NCBI GenBank assembly: GCA_044869275.1
Contig: JBIOXB010000143.1
Location: 1-64,000, forward strand
Direction: 5' to 3'
Length of the DNA stretch: 64,000 nt
Origin: a bacterium
Lineage (GTDB): Bacteria > Zhuqueibacterota > Zhuqueibacteria > Zhuqueibacterales > Zhuqueibacteraceae
Below are positions 58,071 to 64,000 of the stretch, one piece after another (the first letter of the stretch is position 1; every line of letters begins with the position of its first letter). Both the position numbers and the translations under genes were made by a program. Under the pieces are notes generated by a model that was not told the origin of the DNA, did not search any database, and worked only from the letters and a program-made list of their open reading frames with translations.

Positions 58071-59171
58071 ATGCGAACGCGCATCCTTTCCCTCATTCGC
58101 AAGGAATTCATTCACATCCGGCGGGATTTCCGCACGCTGCTGATCATTTTCATGATGCCGGTGATCCAGCTCTTCATGTTCGGCTATGCCATCAACATGG
58201 AGATTCAAAAAATCGATCTGGTGGTGATCGATCATTCCCGCACGCCTGCTAGCCGCGATCTGGTGCGTGCATTCCAAGGCAGTAAGTATTTCGCAACGAA
58301 ACTCTTTAACGGCCGCGCTTCCGGCATCGAGCAGCTTTTTCAAAAACGGGAGGCGCAGGTGGCGTTGATGATCCCACAGGATTTCGGCGAAACCCTGGCA
58401 CGCGCCACACCGACCATCGTGCAAATTCTGATCGACGCCGGCGATTCCAATTCCGCGCAGTCCATGCGTAATTATACCGAAGCCGTGCTGCAATCGTTCA
58501 ATTTCGACCGAGGGCTGAGAGTGCCTTTGGACGTGCGCACCACGATTCAGTACAACCCGGCTTTGAAAAGCAGCTATTTCTTTGTGCCCGGCCTGGTGGC
58601 GCTGATTTTGATGATGATCTCGGCTTTGCTCACCAGCATCACCATCGCGCGCGAAAAAGAGACCGGCACCATGGAGCAGATTCTGGTTTCGCCGGTGCGG
58701 CCGATCGAAATCATACTCGGCAAAGTCGTGCCTTACATCGCGCTGGCGTTCATCGACGGTATCATCGTGCTGCTGGTGGCGCATTTCTGGTTCGAAGTTC
58801 CGGTGCGCGGCAGCGTGCCGGTCATTTTGCTCTCCTGCCTGCTTTTCGTTTTCGTAGCGCTGGCCCTGGGCTTGCTGATTTCCACCCGCGCGCGCACGCA
58901 GCAAGTCGCGATGATGGCCGCATTGATGGCCTCCATGCTGCCGACGGTGATGCTTTCGGGTTTTATTTTTCCCATAAACGCTTTGCCCAAACCGCTGCAA
59001 TGGATTTCAAACATTGTCCCGGCAAAGTATTTCCTGCAAATCATCCGCGGCATGATGCTCAAGGGCAATACCGCGGCCGAACTGTGGCTGCCCCTCACCG
59101 TGCTCGGGGGCATGGGATTGTTTTTCACGTTGGTGAGCGCTAAGAAGTTCAGGATGACGCTGGAAGGCTGA
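58071..59171 (+). CDS. ABC-2 permease (YbhS-like)
   Basis: RKEFIHIRRD and AREKETGTMEQILVSP. Confidence 0.93.
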   Translation: MRTRILSLIRKEFIHIRRDFRTLLIIFMMPVIQLFMFGYAINMEIQKIDLVVIDHSRTPASRDLVRAFQGSKYFATKLFNGRASGIEQLFQKREAQVALMIPQDFGETLARATPTIVQILIDAGDSNSAQSMRNYTEAVLQSFNFDRGLRVPLDVRTTIQYNPALKSSYFFVPGLVALILMMISALLTSITIAREKETGTMEQILVSPVRPIEIILGKVVPYIALAFIDGIIVLLVAHFWFEVPVRGSVPVILLSCLLFVFVALALGLLISTRARTQQVAMMAALMASMLPTVMLSGFIFPINALPKPLQWISNIVPAKYFLQIIRGMMLKGNTAAELWLPLTVLGGMGLFFTLVSAKKFRMTLEG

Positions 59172-59176
59172 AGCTT

Positions 59177-59250
59177 AGTATTCAGTGTCCAGTATTCAGT
59201 CAGTTCGCTTGAACTGTACACTGATCACTGAATACTGGATACTGGATACT
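59177..59250. repeat. 7-nt tandem-repeat hairpin (AGTATTC / GRATACT)
   Basis: agtattc agtgtcc agtattc..cagttc-gctt-gaactg..ctgaata ctggata ctggata ct. Confidence 0.85.
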
Positions 59251-59267
59251 TTTACTCAAACACAATC

Positions 59268-60371
59268 ATGCAACGCATTCTCTACCTGATCCAAAAAGAA
59301 TTCCGCCAGATCTTTCGCGACCGGGCGATGGTGGCGATTATGTTCTTTGCACCGATCGTGCAAACCATCGTGCTCGGCTTTGCCATGACCACCGACGTCA
59401 AGAACGTGAAGGTGATCATTTATGACGCCGACAACAGCACTGCCAGCCGCGAGCTGTGCCGGCGCTTCGTCAATAATCCCTATTTCCGTTTTGTGGGGTA
59501 TGCGCCAGGTCCGGGCGGCATTTATCATGCTCTGCAGAATTGGCAAGCGCAGCTCGGCATTTTCATTCCATGGGATTTTGATGAAAAGCTCGGGCGGGGC
59601 CTCATGCCCGAGCTGCAAATGATCGCCGACGGTCTGGACGGCAACACCGCCGGCATAGCCGTGGGATATGCGCAGGGCATTTTGGCCACGTACACGCAAG
59701 AGCTCCCGGGTTTCGCCGTGGCCAGCTCTCCAGTACGCAGCGAAACGCGCATGTGGTACAATCTCAATCTCGAGAGCAAAAACTACATGGTGCCCGGACT
59801 CATTGGCTTGCTGCTCACCATTATCACCATGTTTTTGACCTCGATGGGGTTGGTGCGTGAAAAGGAAATTGGCACACTCGAACAACTGATGGTCACCCCG
59901 ATCCTGCCTGCCGAGCTGATCATCGGGAAGGTTCTGCCGTTCATGGTCATCGGCTTCGTCGAAATCAATGTGGTTTTGGGGGTGGCTTTCCTGGTGTTCA
60001 AACTGGTCATGGCGGGAAATTACTTTTTGCTCCTGGGCGTTTCCATGCTTTATTTCCTGACGACGCTGGGTCTGGGGATTTTCATTTCCACGCTGGTGGA
60101 GACGCAACAGCAGGCTTTGTTTGTTTCGTGGTTCTTCCTGATCTTTCTCATGCTCATGTCCGGCTTTCTCACACCCGTTGCCAACATGCCGGTGTTTTGG
60201 CAGAAGGTCACGTATTTGAACCCGCTGCGTTATTATGTCAATCTCATTCGCGAGATCTTCTTGAAAGCCACGCCGCTGCAATATTTGTGGAACGAGATCA
60301 TGCCACTGGCCGTTTTCGGGTTGCTCATCATCACCGCCAGCGCGATGAAATTTCACAAGCGCGTGAGTTGA
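59268..60371 (+). CDS. ABC-2 permease (YbhR-like)
   Basis: KEFRQIFRD and VREKEIGTLEQLMVTP. Confidence 0.93.
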   Translation: MQRILYLIQKEFRQIFRDRAMVAIMFFAPIVQTIVLGFAMTTDVKNVKVIIYDADNSTASRELCRRFVNNPYFRFVGYAPGPGGIYHALQNWQAQLGIFIPWDFDEKLGRGLMPELQMIADGLDGNTAGIAVGYAQGILATYTQELPGFAVASSPVRSETRMWYNLNLESKNYMVPGLIGLLLTIITMFLTSMGLVREKEIGTLEQLMVTPILPAELIIGKVLPFMVIGFVEINVVLGVAFLVFKLVMAGNYFLLLGVSMLYFLTTLGLGIFISTLVETQQQALFVSWFFLIFLMLMSGFLTPVANMPVFWQKVTYLNPLRYYVNLIREIFLKATPLQYLWNEIMPLAVFGLLIITASAMKFHKRVS

Positions 60372-60423
60372 AACCATGGAATCGATGGCATGGCGGAGAA
60401 ACAACAGACTCAGAGAATTTTAG

Positions 60424-60476
60424 CCTTTACACGTTACACCTTACACTTTACACGTGTAAGGTGTAACGTGTAAAGG
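60424..60476. repeat. Perfect 23-bp palindrome made of 7-nt units (TTACACN)
   Basis: CCTTTACACGTTACACCTTACAC-tttacac-GTGTAAGGTGTAACGTGTAAAGG. Confidence 0.92.
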
Positions 60477-60492
60477 GTCATTGATCAAAAAA

Positions 60493-61323
60493 ATGCCGTC
60501 TTTCATATTGGGTATCGACGCCGCCTGGACCGCGCATCGACCTTCCGGCGTGGCGCTGTTGCACGCCACACCCAAAGCCAAGCCTCGCTTGCTTGCGGTG
60601 GCTCGTTCATATGAAGAATTCATCCAAATTGGAAAATTCTCCAGCCCAGATTGGCAATCGCGCATCACCGGCACGCCACCCGGCATGAACGAAGTATTGC
60701 GAGCATGTGAAAGAATGGCAGGCGCAGCGCCCAATATGATTGCCCTGGATATCCCGCTTTCAAACAAACCCCTTGCCGGCCGGCGTGCATGCGATAACGC
60801 TGTGACCTCTGCTTATGTGGCACGCGGCGCGGGCACGCACACGCCTTCTGAAAATCGTCCCGGCCCGATTTCAAAAGCGCTTTTTCGACAATTGCGCCGG
60901 GCCGGTTATCAATGGCTGACCGGCGATGCGCCCCTGCTCCTCAATTCGAAGCAAAACTACTTCGCCGAAACCTACCCTCATCCCGCGATCATCGAATTAA
61001 TGCGTTTGCCCAAGCGCTTGGCTTACAAAACCTCGCGTTTGCAAAAATATTGGCCCGAGGCTACAACGGCGGAAAGATGGTGGCGCGTGTGCAGCAACCT
61101 CGAGCGCCTGCGACGGGCGCTGGCGCATGAAATTGCCGGCGTGCATCACATGTTGCCTACTGCGCGCCAAATCTTCAAACTGGGGAAACATGTGCTGCTC
61201 AAAAACTTCGAAGATGCATTGGACGCGGTGGTATGCGCTTGGATCGGAGTGCAAATACTGCGGGGGAGAGCGGTTGCTTATGGCGATCATACCGGCGCGA
61301 TTTGGATACCGAAGGTTGATTGA
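60493..61323 (+). CDS. DUF429 family protein (predicted RNase H-like nuclease)
   Basis: LGIDAAW...PSGVA, IALDIPL, RRACD, ETYPHPA and EDALDAVVCA. Confidence 0.85.
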   Translation: MPSFILGIDAAWTAHRPSGVALLHATPKAKPRLLAVARSYEEFIQIGKFSSPDWQSRITGTPPGMNEVLRACERMAGAAPNMIALDIPLSNKPLAGRRACDNAVTSAYVARGAGTHTPSENRPGPISKALFRQLRRAGYQWLTGDAPLLLNSKQNYFAETYPHPAIIELMRLPKRLAYKTSRLQKYWPEATTAERWWRVCSNLERLRRALAHEIAGVHHMLPTARQIFKLGKHVLLKNFEDALDAVVCAWIGVQILRGRAVAYGDHTGAIWIPKVD

Positions 61324-61432
61324 AACTCATAGCGGTTTTCATTTGTGTGAATAGTACTACCACGTTCAGTTGGCCACACCTCCTTTTTGTCATTCAGGAG
61401 GAAACAGCCTGTGTGAAAACTTGGAGATGCCG

Positions 61433-61458
61433 CACCCTGAGCTTGTCGAAGGGTGACA
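61433..61458. repeat. REP-like short palindrome
   Basis: CACCCT-GAGCTTGTCGA-AGGGTG. Confidence 0.6.
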
Positions 61459-61499
61459 CTTTCTTGGGCTTTCACACAACCTGAATGTAGAGGGTGATG

Positions 61500-61751
61500 A
61501 AAGCTTTAAATTCCATTACACGGTGGGGAAGAAGCGGTCTAAAGCTTTCTGGCACAATTCCCCGGCGGGGTAAACCCGGGCAAAAGCTTCTTCACGCCAT
61601 TACCAGGCAGCGTACTCACGTCCGGAAGCTTTCTCCCGCCATTACCCCCCGGAGGAATATGCTTTGCAAGCAATTATTTGCCATTCCCCCGCGTGGTAAA
61701 GTGCTGTACGAGCTTTTTCCCACCATTACCCGCCGTGGTATCCGCGCCGGA
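61500..61751. repeat. Degenerate tandem array, 6 x 42 bp
   Basis: AAGC/GAGC at 61542, 61584, 61626, 61668, 61710; CCATT/CAATT at exact 42-bp spacing from 61513. Confidence 0.85.
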
Positions 61752-61832
61752 GATATTATTTTGGACGGATGTGACTTTCCCTAATGAAACGAAAACTGCA
61801 TTAAAGATCACACATTTGCTTTCCGCCCCTTG

Positions 61833-62540
61833 ATGAAAACCAGCGATACACAAAAACTCTTCCGTTTGCAAAACAAAATCATCCGCTGCCGGTTTTGCCC
61901 CAGGCTGGTCGAATGGCGCGAACGAATAGCGCGCGAGAAAGTGAAACGCTTCGCCGAAGAGGAATACTGGGGCAAGCCGTTGCCGAGCTTCGGTGACCCC
62001 CAAGCGCGCTTATTGATTGTCGGGCTTGCGCCCGCGGCGCACGGCGGCAACCGCACCGGGCGCATGTTTACCGGCGACCGCAGCGGCGATTGGCTCTATC
62101 GCAGCCTGCACAAATTCGGCTTTGCCAATCAACCCACCTCACAACATCGCCACGATGGTTTGAAGCTGCACGATGGCTACATTGCCGCAACCTGCCGTTG
62201 CGCGCCGCCGCAAAACAAGCCTACTTTGCGGGAAATGCAAAACTGCCGGCCCTATTTGTTGGCAGAAATCAAACTGCTCCAGAATATCCGCGTCGTGGTC
62301 GCGCTCGGCAAAATCGCCTTCGAGGCCACGCTTTCTGCCTTCTCCGAACTTTATGACAGGGATTATTTTCCCAAACCCAGATTTGCGCATGGCGTAGAGT
62401 CTCCGCTGACGCCGCGCGTGACTCTGCTCGCTTCTTTTCATCCCAGCCAGCAAAATACTTTTACCGGCAGACTCACCGAGGTCATGTTCGATGCGGTATT
62501 CCACCGTGCCCGAATGCTCGTGGCATCAGAGTGGGAATAG
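61833..62540 (+). CDS. Uracil-DNA glycosylase family 5 (UdgB, Fe-S)
   Basis: CRFCPRL, GLAPAAHGGNRTGRMFTGDRSG, RCAPPQNKP and FHPSQQNTFT. Confidence 0.93.
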   Translation: MKTSDTQKLFRLQNKIIRCRFCPRLVEWRERIAREKVKRFAEEEYWGKPLPSFGDPQARLLIVGLAPAAHGGNRTGRMFTGDRSGDWLYRSLHKFGFANQPTSQHRHDGLKLHDGYIAATCRCAPPQNKPTLREMQNCRPYLLAEIKLLQNIRVVVALGKIAFEATLSAFSELYDRDYFPKPRFAHGVESPLTPRVTLLASFHPSQQNTFTGRLTEVMFDAVFHRARMLVASEWE

Positions 62541-62997
62541 TTGGATGGGTGAAAACTCTCTTGCTCCGTTTGGCCATACAAGAGCCTATCAAATGTTCAC
62601 CTTCCTACAACAACCAACACGCGAGCAAGCATGCCTAAGCTCGACCCGGCCTGACACAAACACCAAAAATTTGCAAGTCATCTCAAAAATCTGACGTCTC
62701 ACCAGCTTGCGTTTTCAATCAAAAACTGCGTTTGCATGTGCGCCACTTTGCCACCACCATCCCAGTTCATCCTTACTTGCCGCAAACCCTGATTTTATAT
62801 GCGTGAAGCCCTGCGACAAACGCCGCTTTGAGCAACACATAGCAGGCTGAAGTGATGCGCCTTGATGAAGTAGTGTGGCATTCGATTTGTCTTCTTCAAG
62901 TCTGTCCATAAATTGAGGAACTTCATCGCCCGGCAAGAGTGAAAAGGTCGGTGCCTCTCTTCTCGCGCGAATGGTTTGCTGAATGGAGGAACTCGCC

Positions 62998-64000
62998 ATG
63001 TTCCGCTTGATACTTTCCCTGGCGCTTGCGCTGGCTCTACCCCTCTCCAGCGCCCATGCCCAAACTGAGACTTTCGAATTACAGGCTTACCGCGACTTCC
63101 TGGCCGCTCATCAGGATTTGACAGCCGGACAATTGCGCAGCTTGCATCCTGCAGCGCAATTTCGCTCCCAGGCCCGTCTGAATCTGGCTGCCACGGCCTA
63201 TCTCGATTCCGTCATCGCGCTCTATGAGCTCACACCGGATGAACTTGGTTTGCTGCAGCAAAACGGCTTTGTGGTTTCCGAGCGGCTCGCGCGCCCTACT
63301 TTCGGAGAAGCGTATTTGGAAATATTCAAGCGTGATCTGCCGGTGTTCGTTTCGACCGATGCCATGCTGCATGCGCTGCACAAATCCTACGATGCCATTC
63401 TGCAGGACACTGAAACCGGTATTTTAGTCCCCAAGCTTGCCGAGTTGTTGGGCACGATGCACGCCGCCTGGCCGGGGCTGGCGGCCAAGTATGCCGGCAA
63501 ACCCGCGATGCAGCCGATGCTGGCCGACGTCGATCTTTACCTTGTGCTCGCTCTGCAGCTGCTGGGCGGCAATGCCGCATTGCATGACCCAGCCAATGCC
63601 GGTGCCCTGCGAGAACTGCAAAGCTTGATTGCCGAGGAACAGCCCGCCGATTACGCGCTTTTCAGCGCCACGCCGCGCACTATTGATTTCAGCCAATTCC
63701 GGCCGCGTGGACATTACACGCAAAGGGAGGAATTGAAAAAATATTTTCAAGCCATGATCTGGCTGGGCCGCACCGAGCTGATGCTGACCAAGCCCAAGGC
63801 GCCGGGCAGCCTTCCTCCGACGGACGAAGATATTCAACGGCAAATCATCGTTTCACATCTTTTATTGGAAGCAATAGACAGCAGCGGTGCGCTGACGTTG
63901 TGGGAGGAAATGGAAGGCATCATCCGCTTTTTGGTGGGTGAAAGCGACAATGTCACGCTCAAGCATCTGGCATGGCTCGCCCAGGAGACCGGGGTGACGC
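62998..64000 (+). CDS. DUF3160-domain exported protein (runs off the window; absent from the ORF track)
   Basis: GGAGG RBS, signal peptide MFRLILSLALALALPLSSAHA, LLQQNGFVV, DLPVFVSTDAMLH, DFSQFRPRGHYT and YFQAMIWLGR. Confidence 0.85.
   Translation, partial: MFRLILSLALALALPLSSAHAQTETFELQAYRDFLAAHQDLTAGQLRSLHPAAQFRSQARLNLAATAYLDSVIALYELTPDELGLLQQNGFVVSERLARPTFGEAYLEIFKRDLPVFVSTDAMLHALHKSYDAILQDTETGILVPKLAELLGTMHAAWPGLAAKYAGKPAMQPMLADVDLYLVLALQLLGGNAALHDPANAGALRELQSLIAEEQPADYALFSATPRTIDFSQFRPRGHYTQREELKKYFQAMIWLGRTELMLTKPKAPGSLPPTDEDIQRQIIVSHLLLEAIDSSGALTLWEEMEGIIRFLVGESDNVTLKHLAWLAQETGVT

Noticed and set aside
61500..61751. CRISPR array
   Set aside because: No identical repeats, a 42-bp period is too short for repeat plus spacer, and there are no cas genes in the window.
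62541..62997. ncRNA or riboswitch in the 450-nt spacer before DUF3160
   Set aside because: No recognisable aptamer motif or extended pairing found by eye.

Overview
GC-rich bacterial chromosome segment. Gene order and content (long SecA, topA-xerC-hpf-hprK, porX-tsaE-tsaB-rimI-accD, satellite EutN/CcmL genes, DUF3160) suggest an FCB-related lineage such as candidate division KSB1; this is inference. Positions 1-31.4 kb are mostly + strand housekeeping genes (acyl-CoA dehydrogenase, nusB, a parDE insert, secA, smg, topA, xerC, hpf, hprK, porX, tsaE/tsaB, rimI, accD, surE, guaA, glmS, holA, ECF sigma/anti-sigma/HtrA-like, two BMC-P genes, rdgB), ending in four tRNAs (Pro-TGG, Arg-TCT, His-GTG, Glu-TTC). 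Positions 31.4-64 kb are accessory: lutABC, a truncated MASE1-PAS kinase, icd, fused gene remnants, ABC systems, a TetR-TolC-HlyD-ABC efflux operon, DUF429, family-5 UDG and a partial DUF3160. Signals the gene list does not explain: (1) eight intergenic elements built from 7- or 8-nt tandem repeats, mostly followed by their reverse complement, five of them in or just after one efflux operon and each of those with a different unit; (2) an ECF/anti-sigma locus whose HtrA-like protein has lost all three catalytic residues and is followed by two microcompartment vertex genes; (3) a 6 x 42-bp phased array carrying a palindrome; (4) gene remnants joined at short sequences readable in both partner frames; (5) a Cys-rich insert in SecA. 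All family assignments are by eye from motifs; no database was searched.
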